Shown here: positions 45,547-54,237 of the stretch, piece by piece
Layout: each line of letters begins with the position of its first letter
Position numbering within the stretch: position 1 is the stretch's first letter
Notes under the pieces: model-generated
The model's input: the letters and a program-made list of their open reading frames with translations, nothing else
Told to the model about the DNA's origin: nothing
Databases searched by the model: none
Assembly: GCA_016867115.1 (NCBI GenBank)
Contig: VGKG01000005.1
Location: 1 to 61,250 of the forward strand
Length of the DNA stretch: 61,250 nucleotides
Direction of reading: 5' to 3'
From: Candidatus Omnitrophota bacterium
GTDB taxonomy: Bacteria; Omnitrophota; Gorgyraeia; Gygaellales; Profunditerraquicolaceae
Made by a program: the position numbers and the translations under genes

Positions 45547-46842
45547 TTAGGATAGTTCTCCGGGATGCGTGACCCTGCCCGTAACTGCCGAGGCTGCGGC
45601 CACTGCGGGCCCGGACAGATAGACAAACGACTCAGGGCTGCCCATCCTTCCGATAAAATTACGGTTCGTGGTCGCAAGGCAGACTTCTCCGGCGGTAAGT
45701 ATCCCCATATGGCCGCCCAGACACGGGCCGCAGGAAGGCGTCTCAAACACCCCTCCTGCCCTGACAAAGACCTCCGCCAGCCCTTCCCTGACCGCCTCTA
45801 AATATATCTTCTGCGTCGCCGGGATGACTACCAGCCTCAACCCCGGCCTGATCTTCCTGCCGCGCAGGATCTTGGCCGCTACCTTTAAGTCCGTGATCCT
45901 TCCGTTAGTGCAGGAACCGATAACTACCTGGTCCAGCTTCACATTACCTAAGCTCGAAGCTGGCTTGACATTGCTGGGTAGATGGGGACAAGCCACCATG
46001 GGCTCAAGGCCCGAAACATTCCACTCGTAAATCTTCTCATAAACGGCATCTTTATCAGACTTAAGCCCTTCCCATGTTTTTAGCTTTTTACTTGTGACGT
46101 GGTGACCTTGTGACTTGGTGACCTCTTTTATATATCTCAGCGTTACCTCATCCGGCTCGATTATGCCTGCCCTGGCTCCGGCCTCTATCGCCATATTCGA
46201 TATGGTGAGCCTCTCTTCCGCGCCCAGCGCCCTGATCACCGGTCCGCTGAACTCCATTACCTTATATAAGGCGCCGTCTACGCCGATCTCGCCTATCGTA
46301 AACAGGATCAGGTCTTTTCCGCTGACCCATTTCTTGAGTTTTCCATGATAGACGAACTTTACCGTTTGCGGAACCTTCAACCAGCATTTGCCGTCAATAA
46401 AGGCGCGCGCAAGGTCAGTCGAACCCACCCCGGTGGCATAGCTGCCCAGCGCACCGTAAGTGCAGGTGTGCGAATCCGCGCCGATCACCAGGCTTCCCGG
46501 CAGCACCAGGCCCAGCTCCGGAAGGAGGACATGTTCAATACCCATACAGCCGACTTCAAAATAATTCCTGATCTTCTGCTCTCCGGCAAAATCCGCCAGG
46601 ACCTTGCACTGGTTTGCGCTTCTTGAATCCTTTGCCGGAGCAAAATGGTCCGGGACAAGGACTATTTTCCCGGGGTCAAAGACCTTCTTGAAGCCGGCCT
46701 TCCTGAACTCTGCGATAGCAAGGGGTGCGGTAATATCATTACCGAGGGCAAGATCGACATCTGCCTCGATAAACTCATGCGGCTTTATTGACTTCCTGCC
46801 GCAATGAGCCATGAGTATCTTTTCAGCGATTGTATAACCCAT
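45547..46842 (-). CDS. leuC: 3-isopropylmalate dehydratase large subunit
   Basis: It is aconitase-family, with GADSHT and the GSCTNGR and CGPCLG cluster ligands. Confidence 0.92.
   Translation of the reverse strand: MGYTIAEKILMAHCGRKSIKPHEFIEADVDLALGNDITAPLAIAEFRKAGFKKVFDPGKIVLVPDHFAPAKDSRSANQCKVLADFAGEQKIRNYFEVGCMGIEHVLLPELGLVLPGSLVIGADSHTCTYGALGSYATGVGSTDLARAFIDGKCWLKVPQTVKFVYHGKLKKWVSGKDLILFTIGEIGVDGALYKVMEFSGPVIRALGAEERLTISNMAIEAGARAGIIEPDEVTLRYIKEVTKSQGHHVTSKKLKTWEGLKSDKDAVYEKIYEWNVSGLEPMVACPHLPSNVKPASSLGNVKLDQVVIGSCTNGRITDLKVAAKILRGRKIRPGLRLVVIPATQKIYLEAVREGLAEVFVRAGGVFETPSCGPCLGGHMGILTAGEVCLATTNRNFIGRMGSPESFVYLSGPAVAAASAVTGRVTHPGELS
46094..46125 (+). repeat. Four tandem GTGACNNN octamers inside leuC
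   Basis: The units gtgacgtg gtgacctt gtgacttg gtgacctc encode EVTKSQGHHVTSK. Confidence 0.9.
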
Positions 46843-46845
46843 AGT

Positions 46846-46988
46846 TTAAATTCTAAATTCGAAATCCTAATTTCTAAACAAATCCCAAATCCTAAACTCC
46901 AACGTCCCAACAATACTTAGTTTGGAATTTGGGAAATTGAAATTTAGAAATTGTTTAGGATTTAGTGCTTGGGATTTAGAACTTAATT
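46846..46988. repeat. AT-rich imperfect inverted repeat of about 140 bp filling the fabF-leuC gap
   Basis: Both arms are built from aaatcctaa / tttctaaa / tcccaaat words that recur as their reverse complements (tttaggattt, tttagaaa, atttggga) on the other side of a centre near 46900-46915. Confidence 0.7.
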
Positions 46989-48236
46989 TCATCCTTCAAA
47001 CTTCTTCACAATCAGTGTAGCGTTGTGGCCGCCGAAGCCTAAGGAATTGGACATGCAGACATCCACCTTCGCTTTGCGGGCGGTATTGGGGACATAATCC
47101 AGGTCACAGTCAGGATCCGGATGTTCGTAGTTGATCGTCGGCGGGATGACTCCGTCCTTTATCGCCAGGCAGCAGGCCGCAAACTCGACGCCTCCGGCAG
47201 CGCCCAGCAGATGGCCGGTCATGGATTTAGTGGAAGAGACCGCTATTTTCTTAGCGTGGCTTCCTAAGGCCTTCTTTATCGCCACAGTCTCCAGCTTATC
47301 GTTAAGCTTGGTAGAAGTTCCGTGAGCGTTAATATAATCTATGTCCTCGGGATTAAGCCCTGCGTCACGCAGAGCTGAGAGCATTGCCCGGCAGGCTCCG
47401 TCTCCTTCAGGATCAGGGGCAGTGATATGATAGGCATCGCAACTCATGCCGTAACCGCAAATTTCACCGTAAATGCGCGCGCCTCTCTTCTTTGCATGCG
47501 CAAGGCTCTCAAGGACTACCAGGCCGCATCCTTCGGCCATGACAAAACCGTCCCGCTCTGCATCAAAGGGACGCGATGCCTTCTGAGGCTCGTGATTACG
47601 TAAAGAGAGCGCCTTTAAAGCGCAAAAGCCGCCGACCCCTAGAAATGTGATGCAGCTTTCCGTGCCTCCGGTGACCATCACGTCGGCATCCCCGCGCTCG
47701 ATGATCTTAAAGGCGTCTCCGATCGCGTGTGACCCCGAAGCGCAGGCGGTGGCGACGCAGGAATTAGGCCCCTTCAGGCCGAAATTGATCGCTACATGGC
47801 CGCTGGCCTCGTTCACGATGAGCATAGGTATAAGAAAAGGCGAGATGCGCGAAGGCCCTTTCTCGTAATAGACCTTGGCCTCTACTTCAACGGTATGCAG
47901 GCTCCCTATGCCCGAACCGACCAGAACGCCTATCCTGGCCAGGTCTTCCTTATCCAGCTCTAAACCGCTATCCTTGATCGCCTGCGTGGCGCTGGCTACG
48001 GCGTACTGGACAAACTTATCCATCCGCTTGGTATCCTTGGAGGATAGACCGTAGAGGCCGGGGTCAAAGCCTTTTATTTCGCCGGCGATGCGTGAATCGA
48101 ATTTCGAGGCGTCAAAGGTCTTCAGGACATCTACGCCGCTTGCGCCTTCTCTTAAGGACTTCCAGAAAGAAGGCACATCATTGCCGACCGGCGTGATCAC
48201 TCCCAGGCCCGTAACTACGACTCTGTTTTCCTGCAT
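46989..48236 (-). CDS. fabF: Beta-ketoacyl-ACP synthase II
   Basis: The Cys-His-His triad is intact: ATACASGSHAIG, INAHGTSTKLND and KSMTGHLLGAAG. Confidence 0.94.
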   Translation of the reverse strand: MQENRVVVTGLGVITPVGNDVPSFWKSLREGASGVDVLKTFDASKFDSRIAGEIKGFDPGLYGLSSKDTKRMDKFVQYAVASATQAIKDSGLELDKEDLARIGVLVGSGIGSLHTVEVEAKVYYEKGPSRISPFLIPMLIVNEASGHVAINFGLKGPNSCVATACASGSHAIGDAFKIIERGDADVMVTGGTESCITFLGVGGFCALKALSLRNHEPQKASRPFDAERDGFVMAEGCGLVVLESLAHAKKRGARIYGEICGYGMSCDAYHITAPDPEGDGACRAMLSALRDAGLNPEDIDYINAHGTSTKLNDKLETVAIKKALGSHAKKIAVSSTKSMTGHLLGAAGGVEFAACCLAIKDGVIPPTINYEHPDPDCDLDYVPNTARKAKVDVCMSNSLGFGGHNATLIVKKFEG

Positions 48237-48354
48237 GTTTTATCTGACTGTGTTAATCCCGCTGCTCCGTAAACAAGGCGGGATAAATTCGGCCAGACAA
48301 CTTACGCTCCCTGCCCCGCCTTTGGCGGGGGGGGAGTCGCGTAAGTTATGGCCT

Positions 48355-48390
48355 CATTTAATAAATACCCCGCCGGAATGCGGCGGGGTA
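48355..48390 (-). terminator. Hairpin terminator/attenuator after acpP
   Basis: The 10-bp stem TACCCCGCCG/CGGCGGGGTA (48366-48375 and 48381-48390) is followed on the minus strand by TATTTATT. Confidence 0.6.
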
Positions 48391-48417
48391 TTTTGAACAC
48401 GGATCTATCTGTAGACT

Positions 48418-48660
48418 TTATTTCGCGGCGGATTTTGAGTCGATGTACTTCATTGCATCACCCACGGTGATGATCTTTTCCGCGTCTTCATCCGGGATCT
48501 CGATGCCGAATTCCTCTTCAAGAGCCATGACCAGCTCTACGGTATCCAGCGAATCAGCGCCCAGGTCATCCACAAAAGATGCCTCGGGGGTGACCTCTTC
48601 TGGTTTTACTCCCAGCTGCTCTGCGATGATTGATTTGACCTTATCATGCACTGCTGCCAT
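48418..48660 (-). CDS. acpP: Acyl carrier protein
   Basis: [20 protein letters not shown] contains the phosphopantetheine Ser. Confidence 0.96.
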   Translation of the reverse strand: MAAVHDKVKSIIAEQLGVKPEEVTPEASFVDDLGADSLDTVELVMALEEEFGIEIPDEDAEKIITVGDAMKYIDSKSAAK

Positions 48661-48707
48661 GCGTTTACCTCCTCAATTAATTTGCCCTAGATTTCCGGGC
48701 TGGCAAA

Positions 48708-49451
48708 TTATGCCATTACCATTCCGCCGTCCACTACTATAGTCTGGCCGGTAATATAGCTGGCATCGTCTGATGCCAGGAACAAACACACATTGGCGAT
48801 ATCTTCGGGGCTGCCAAACCTGCTTAAGGGAATAGCCTGTTTCATCTTCTCCTTAAGCTCCTCGGGAAGCTTTGCCGTCATCTCGGTTGAGATGAAGCCC
48901 GGCGCCACTGCGTTTACGTTGATATTGCGGCTGCTCAGTTCCTTGGCCGCGGTTTTGGTCAGAGCGATTATGCCTGCCTTGGAGGCAGAATAGTTTGCCT
49001 GCCCGGGGTTTCCGATTATCCCGATGATCGAAGCGATGTTGATGATCCTGCCTGAGCGCTGCTTGATCATGGGCCGGGATACGGCCTTGATGCAGTTGAA
49101 CGTGCCTTTCAGGTTCACATCCAGCACCGCATCCCACTCCTGCTGGCTCATTCTGAGAAGAAGATTGTCTTTGGTGATGCCGGCATTGTTAACTAATATA
49201 TCAACCTTTGCGAAATTGTCAAGAATTTTGTTTAGCGCTTCCTCTACCTTGGCAAAGTCGGTGACATCCATGGAGACGGCTAAGGCTTTCCTGCCGCCAG
49301 CCTCTATCTCCTTAGCCGTACTCTCTGCCGCTTCTATATTTACGTCCGCCACCACTATGTCTGCTCCGGATGCGGCAAAGCATAGAGCAATAGCCTTACC
49401 TATGCCGCGAGCGCCCCCTGTGACCAAAGCAACCTTATCTTTAAGCTCCAT
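48708..49451 (-). CDS. fabG: 3-oxoacyl-ACP reductase
   Basis: It is an SDR with TGGARGIG, NNAG and YSASKAG. Confidence 0.93.
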   Translation of the reverse strand: MELKDKVALVTGGARGIGKAIALCFAASGADIVVADVNIEAAESTAKEIEAGGRKALAVSMDVTDFAKVEEALNKILDNFAKVDILVNNAGITKDNLLLRMSQQEWDAVLDVNLKGTFNCIKAVSRPMIKQRSGRIINIASIIGIIGNPGQANYSASKAGIIALTKTAAKELSSRNINVNAVAPGFISTEMTAKLPEELKEKMKQAIPLSRFGSPEDIANVCLFLASDDASYITGQTIVVDGGMVMA

Positions 49452-49474
49452 CTTGCCTCCCTAACTACTATCTG

Positions 49475-50395
49475 CTAACTGCTATCTACTGTATTTAGGA
49501 TGTCCTCTTTCTTCTCTATGCCGGTAACCGGTATACTGCTGTCAATACGGCGCATCAGGCCCTTTAGCACCTTTCCCGGGCCGAATTCATAAAAATCGGT
49601 CACGCCCTGGGAGATGATATATCTCATTGATTCTTCCCATTTTACCGGAGAATACATCTGCTGGATGAGGTTCTCGCGGATCTGGCCTGCGCGGTATTGC
49701 GGCATGGCGGTAACATTACTTACTACCGGCACTGCCGGTGCGGATACCGGGGTATTCTCAAGAAAGAGCTTTAGCTCAGCTGACGCTTCAAACATGAGGG
49801 ATGAGTGGAAGCCGCCGCTCACCTCAAGGAAAATGACTCTTTTTGCCCCCTGCCCCTGGCACGATTTAGCCGCCGCATCCACTGCTTCAGACTTACCGGA
49901 GATGACGATCTGGCCGGGGGCATTGAGGTTGGCGATCTCTGCGCCGGTCTTAAGACAGATATCCTTGACCGCATCAAAACCCAGTTCAAGCACCGCTGCC
50001 ATCTTTCCGGGGTAGCGGCAGGTGGCATCTTCCATGATCTCGGCCCTTCTCCTTACCAGCCTAAGGCCGTCCTCAAAGGTAAGGCTGCCTGCGGCGATCA
50101 GCGCGCTATACTCCCCGAGGCTAAGGCCGGCCATAAAAAGGGGGTGCGGCTTGGTTATGCTCTTGAATGCTTCAAGGGCCGCGATGCTTACGGTGAGGAT
50201 CGCCGGCTGCGACATGATCGTCTGCTTAAGCATGGCCGGATCGCCGCTGAACATGAGGCGGGACAGGGAAAAATGGAGCGCCTCATCGGCAGAATCAAAG
50301 ACCGCCTTGCTTTCGGGAAAGGCCTCGCATAAGTCCTTTCCCATCCCGATATACTGGCTGCCCTGGCCTGCGAACAGAAAAGCTGTCTGTGCCAT
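49475..50395 (-). CDS. fabD: Malonyl CoA-ACP transacylase
   Basis: Has FAGQGSQYIGMG and GLSLGEYSAL. Confidence 0.93.
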   Translation of the reverse strand: MAQTAFLFAGQGSQYIGMGKDLCEAFPESKAVFDSADEALHFSLSRLMFSGDPAMLKQTIMSQPAILTVSIAALEAFKSITKPHPLFMAGLSLGEYSALIAAGSLTFEDGLRLVRRRAEIMEDATCRYPGKMAAVLELGFDAVKDICLKTGAEIANLNAPGQIVISGKSEAVDAAAKSCQGQGAKRVIFLEVSGGFHSSLMFEASAELKLFLENTPVSAPAVPVVSNVTAMPQYRAGQIRENLIQQMYSPVKWEESMRYIISQGVTDFYEFGPGKVLKGLMRRIDSSIPVTGIEKKEDILNTVDSS

Positions 50396-50403
50396 AGGTT
50401 AAT

Positions 50404-51381
50404 TTACCATTCAATGACTACTGCGCCCCAGACCAGGCCCGCACCGAAGGCATCCAGCAGCACGGTGTCTCCCTTTTTGACCCTGCCTTCTTTTACCGCC
50501 TCGCAAAGCGCGGTAATGGTGGAGGCGCTGGACATATTGCCGTATCTTTCTATATTCAGGTAGATCTTCTCCTGCGGAAAGTTAAGCTTTTTTGCCATAG
50601 CCATAATGATGCGCACATTCGCCTGATGGGGAATGACCAGGTCTATATCTTTAGGTTCAAGCCCCGCTTTTTTGATCGCCATATACGCTGCTTCGGCCAT
50701 GGTCGTCACCGCAAGCTTAAAGACTTCGTTTCCCTCCATCTTTAGATAATGCAGCCGGTCCTCCAGCGTTTGAGTGGTCGCCGGATGCCGGGAACCGCCG
50801 CCGGGAATATTCAAAAGGTCTGCCCTTGTGCCGTCGCTGCCCAGGTACGTGGAGAGTATGCCTCCTGCCTCCACCTCTGAAAGCACAGCCGCAGCTGCGC
50901 CGTCCCCGAATAAGACGCAGGTATTCCTGTCTTCCCAATCGGTAAAAGCGGAGAGCTTTTCCGCTCCGATTACTAAAATATTCTTGTAGGTGCCGCGGGA
51001 AATGAACTGGCTGGCGACGCTTAAGGCGTAAACGAATCCGGCGCAGGCAGCGCTGACATCGAAAGCTGCGGCGTTCTTTGCGCCGATACCATGCTGCACA
51101 TAGCAGGCGACCGAAGGAGTAAACATATCCGGGGTGATGGTGGCGACGATGATCAATTCAAGGTCGATTGCGGCAAGCTTCGCGTCCAGGAGCGCCTCCT
51201 TGGCGGCCTTTATCGCCAGGTCCGAAGTGGCCTCATTCTTAGCCGCGATCCTGCGCTCTTTGATGCCGGTGCGCGTAGTGATCCATTCATCGGAGGTATC
51301 GACCATCTTCTCAAGGTCGGCGTTGGTCAGTACCTTTTTGGGCAGATACTCTCCCAGGCCTATAATACCTACTCTTTTCAC
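50404..51381 (-). CDS. fabH: Beta-ketoacyl-ACP synthase III
   Basis: Has SAACAGF and IPHQAN, and the C-terminal GAGLVWGA. Confidence 0.93.
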   Translation of the reverse strand: MKRVGIIGLGEYLPKKVLTNADLEKMVDTSDEWITTRTGIKERRIAAKNEATSDLAIKAAKEALLDAKLAAIDLELIIVATITPDMFTPSVACYVQHGIGAKNAAAFDVSAACAGFVYALSVASQFISRGTYKNILVIGAEKLSAFTDWEDRNTCVLFGDGAAAAVLSEVEAGGILSTYLGSDGTRADLLNIPGGGSRHPATTQTLEDRLHYLKMEGNEVFKLAVTTMAEAAYMAIKKAGLEPKDIDLVIPHQANVRIIMAMAKKLNFPQEKIYLNIERYGNMSSASTITALCEAVKEGRVKKGDTVLLDAFGAGLVWGAVVIEW

Positions 51382-51407
51382 TCTTACGCTTTCCTTTCTA
51401 TGCTGAT

Positions 51408-52397
51408 TTATTTCGGCTTGATCGCTTCGAGGATTTTTTCGTTGAAGGAGCGTTCGACTTCTTCTTTGGCGACACGGATAGCGTTCTTGATGGCTTTGAT
51501 GTTTGAGCGGCCGTGGCCGATGATCACGACTCCGTTTACCCCCAAAAGCGGCGCTCCGCCGTATTCGGAATAATCCAGCTCCCGCTTAAAACGCATGAAG
51601 CTTGACCTTAACATCAGGAGCCCGATCTTACTCATGGGATTGCTTAACAGGTGCTTCTTGAGGAATGCCTGCATGGTCTCAACCACCGACTCCGTCACCT
51701 TAAGTGCAACGTTACCCACAAAGCCGTCGCAGACGATGATATCGCTCTTTCCGGAGAAGAGGTCCTTTCCCTCCACATTGCCGATGAAATTAAGGCCGCT
51801 CTTTTCCAGGAGTTCGCGCGCCTCCTTAATCACCTCGGTACCCTTGCTCTCTTCTTCTCCGATATTCAGGATCCCGACTTTGGGGTCGGGCCTGTTGAGG
51901 ATGTAGCGGAAATAGGCGTCCGCCATGATGGCGTACTGCAGTAAATGCGTGGGCTTAATGTCGATATTGGCGCCCACGTCGATGATCAGGGAGATGTCCT
52001 TTAAAGTGGGGGTAATGATGGCGATCCCCGGCCGCTCGATCCCGGGAAGAAGCCCCAGCCACAGGGTCGCAGCGCAGACTACCGCGCCGGTATTGCCGGC
52101 GCTGAAGAACGCATCGGCCTTTCCTTCCTTGACCAGGTTCAACCCTACGACTATAGAAGAGTTCCTTTTACGCCTGACGCTGGTGGCGGCGGATTCGTCC
52201 ATCTGGATCACGACGGGGGCGTGGTGCACGGTGATATTGCTGCCGTTGTATCTGGCTTTCTTTAAAAGCGGGGTGATCCTGGCTTCGTCTCCTACCAGGA
52301 TCACTTCGGCATTATATTCGTTTACTGCCGCGACTGTCCCCTCGATAACTACCTCGGGCGCATGATCCCCGCCCATCGCATCAACGACTATCTTCAT
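51408..52397 (-). CDS. plsX: Phosphate acyltransferase
   Basis: The start is MKIVVDAMGGDHAPE. I prefer the ATG at 52397 (ATGA overlap with the rpmF stop) over the track start at 52499. Confidence 0.92.
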   Translation of the reverse strand: MKIVVDAMGGDHAPEVVIEGTVAAVNEYNAEVILVGDEARITPLLKKARYNGSNITVHHAPVVIQMDESAATSVRRKRNSSIVVGLNLVKEGKADAFFSAGNTGAVVCAATLWLGLLPGIERPGIAIITPTLKDISLIIDVGANIDIKPTHLLQYAIMADAYFRYILNRPDPKVGILNIGEEESKGTEVIKEARELLEKSGLNFIGNVEGKDLFSGKSDIIVCDGFVGNVALKVTESVVETMQAFLKKHLLSNPMSKIGLLMLRSSFMRFKRELDYSEYGGAPLLGVNGVVIIGHGRSNIKAIKNAIRVAKEEVERSFNEKILEAIKPK

Positions 52398-52594
52398 CTC
52401 TTCTTCTTCTTTTCTTTGACTTCGATCTCGACGACTTTCCTGCCGTTGTAATAGCCGCAGACCATGCAGGCGCGGTGAGGCAATTTCGGCTGCTTGCACT
52501 GGGGGCAGGAAGAAAGATTCGTCGTCGCCACTTTCCAGTGTGTGCGGCGCCTTCGGCCGCGCGCTTTAGAATGTCTTTTTTTCGGTAGAGCCAC
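52394..52594 (-). CDS. rpmF: 50S ribosomal protein L32
   Basis: Has MALPKKRHSKARGRRRRTHWK and a CPQC...CMVC zinc ribbon. Confidence 0.93.
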   Translation of the reverse strand: MALPKKRHSKARGRRRRTHWKVATTNLSSCPQCKQPKLPHRACMVCGYYNGRKVVEIEVKEKKKKR

Positions 52595-52610
52595 AGCGAA
52601 CTCCTTTCAC

Positions 52611-53018
52611 TTATTTACAATCGCACTTTCCTTCGTTCAGGTTCCTGCCGCATTTCGGGCATAGCCCCTGACAATCCGCCTTGCACAGAGGTTTTACCGG
52701 ATAATCCAGGATCGCCTCTTCCCTGATCTCGGGATCCAGATTCACTAACGGGTTCTGGTTATCCGCCGGAAGATCCAGGTCAAACTCTTTATTAAACTTT
52801 ATCTGGACGGCCTCAAGGCACCGGCTGCAGGTAGCCTTAAGCAGGGCGGCCATATTCAGATGCAGATGGACGGCATTGGTGATCTTGGTCGCCTCTACAG
52901 TCACCTTAAGCGGGGTGGTAAACTTGACACAATCCGTGTCCAGGTCCAGGCTCTCCGGCGGAAAATCCTCGGCGAGAATCAGCCCTTCCTCCGGTATCTG
53001 GTTGATATCTATTTTCAT
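52611..53018 (-). CDS. yceD: YceD/DUF177 family protein
   Basis: It sits in the conserved position upstream of rpmF, with the C-terminal CKADCQGLCPKCGRNLNEGKCDC. Confidence 0.85.
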   Translation of the reverse strand: MKIDINQIPEEGLILAEDFPPESLDLDTDCVKFTTPLKVTVEATKITNAVHLHLNMAALLKATCSRCLEAVQIKFNKEFDLDLPADNQNPLVNLDPEIREEAILDYPVKPLCKADCQGLCPKCGRNLNEGKCDCK

Positions 53019-53506
53019 AAAGTCTGTTTATGCAGCTTTATTTTAAGCGCTTCTTCCACAAAATCAGGGACAAAACTGGACAGATCCGCGCCGAGCGTTG
53101 CCGCCTCCTTTAAAAGTTTCGAAGAGAGGTAGCTGTAGGATTCCTGCGGCATCAGAAAGATCGTCTCGATATCGGGTGCGAGCTTGCGGTTCGTCAGGGC
53201 CATCTGAAACTCATACTCAAAATCAGAGAGCATGCGCAGGCCCCGGATCAGGACCTTGGCCTTGTGTTTACGCGCATAATCCACTACCAGCCCGTCAAAA
53301 GACTCAATCTCCACCCCTTTTAAGCCGGCAGTAGCCTTCCTGATCATGGCTACCCTTTCCTCAAGGCTGAAGAGCGGGCCCTTATGCGGATTGCGCGCCA
53401 CGGCTACGATCACCTCGGAGAATACCTCCTGCGCCCGCTTGATCAGATCGATGTGGCCGTAGGTGACCGGGTCAAAGGTACCCGGATAAATGGCTACCTG
53501 ACACAT
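53015..53506 (-). CDS. coaD: Phosphopantetheine adenylyltransferase
   Basis: AIYPGTFDPVTYGHIDLIKRA is the diagnostic motif. Confidence 0.94.
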   Translation of the reverse strand: MCQVAIYPGTFDPVTYGHIDLIKRAQEVFSEVIVAVARNPHKGPLFSLEERVAMIRKATAGLKGVEIESFDGLVVDYARKHKAKVLIRGLRMLSDFEYEFQMALTNRKLAPDIETIFLMPQESYSYLSSKLLKEAATLGADLSSFVPDFVEEALKIKLHKQTL

Positions 53507-53508
53507 AC

Positions 53509-54231
53509 TTACGCTTCTTTCCTATAAATGGAGATTACAGTATCGCCGTACCTGGCTTGCTTGACGAGGCTAAGCTTTCCGGCTTGCCGGGGGAGCTCAT
53601 CGCGCTTAAAATGCTGCACTACCACCAGACCAATGGGCGCTAATATATCATAAGCCCCCAGCATTTGCAAGGCTTTTTTTGACGCAGAAGGCGGCACACC
53701 AACCCATCCTTTAGGGTTGGGTGTTGACGCAGAAGGCGGCACACCAACCCATCCTTTAGGGTTGGGTGTTGACGCAGAAGGCGGCACACCAACCTTTCTG
53801 TCCATAGAGGACGCACTTGGCAATCCTTTATGCCAAGGTGCCTTAAGGTTGGGCGTTGCCGTACCCTTCTTATAGTAAGGAGGGTCTAAGAAGATGATTT
53901 CAAAGCTTTTCTTCTCTTTATGCAGGAGCCGGATCGCGCTTTCAGAATCCAGGGGAATAAGGCTGCAGTCGGTTATTCCCAGGGACTCTATATTCCTGCG
54001 GATCGCCTGCAGGGATTCCCGTTCAGGCTCAACCAGGGTAAGGCTCGCAGCTCCCCTGGAGAGCGCCTCAAAGCCCACTGCCCCCGAACCGGCAAAAAGC
54101 TCCAGGAAAGAGAGCCCCTCGATGTCTCCCAGGATGTCAAAGACCGCCTTCCTTACCTTATTCTGGGTCGGCCGGATGCCTTTGGGCATCTTAAGGAGCC
54201 TGCCTTTGAATATACCGGTAGTTATTCTCAT
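53509..54231 (-). CDS. rsmD: 16S rRNA (guanine966-N2)-methyltransferase RsmD with an internal repeat insertion of about 60 aa
   Basis: Has RPTQNKVRKAVFDIL, LELFAGSGAVGFEALSRGA and IFLDPPY. At 240 aa it is longer than the usual 180-190 aa. Confidence 0.88.
   Translation of the reverse strand: MRITTGIFKGRLLKMPKGIRPTQNKVRKAVFDILGDIEGLSFLELFAGSGAVGFEALSRGAASLTLVEPERESLQAIRRNIESLGITDCSLIPLDSESAIRLLHKEKKSFEIIFLDPPYYKKGTATPNLKAPWHKGLPSASSMDRKVGVPPSASTPNPKGWVGVPPSASTPNPKGWVGVPPSASKKALQMLGAYDILAPIGLVVVQHFKRDELPRQAGKLSLVKQARYGDTVISIYRKEA
53681..53866. repeat. In-frame array of hairpin units inside rsmD: two perfect 45-bp units, a partial third and diverged copies
   Basis: Units run 53681-53725 and 53726-53770, with a partial unit 53771-53794. 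A diverged hairpin lies at 53813-53841 and a half copy at 53841-53866. All hairpins share the loop ATCCTTTA and a bulged G. Confidence 0.9.
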
Positions 54232-54237
54232 CAGAGA

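Noticed and set aside
45537-45767. N-terminal 77 aa of track ORF 44946-45767
   Set aside because: This part overlaps the conserved 3' end of leuC in another frame. A ribosome-binding site plus ATG at 45536 gives a clean signal peptide, so the shorter gene is preferred.
52398-52499. N-terminal extension of plsX in track ORF 51408-52499
   Set aside because: It overlaps rpmF out of frame. PlsX family proteins begin MKI..D..GGD, which is what the ATG at 52397 provides.
53691-53700. Shared 10-mer GGCGGCACAC (reverse complement GTGTGCCGCC) between the rsmD hairpin units and the GC-rich repeats at 2689-2868, as evidence for one repeat family
   Set aside because: The match is only 10 nt and GC-rich. 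A chance match of that length in 61 kb on two strands is not negligible, and the surrounding sequences do not align.
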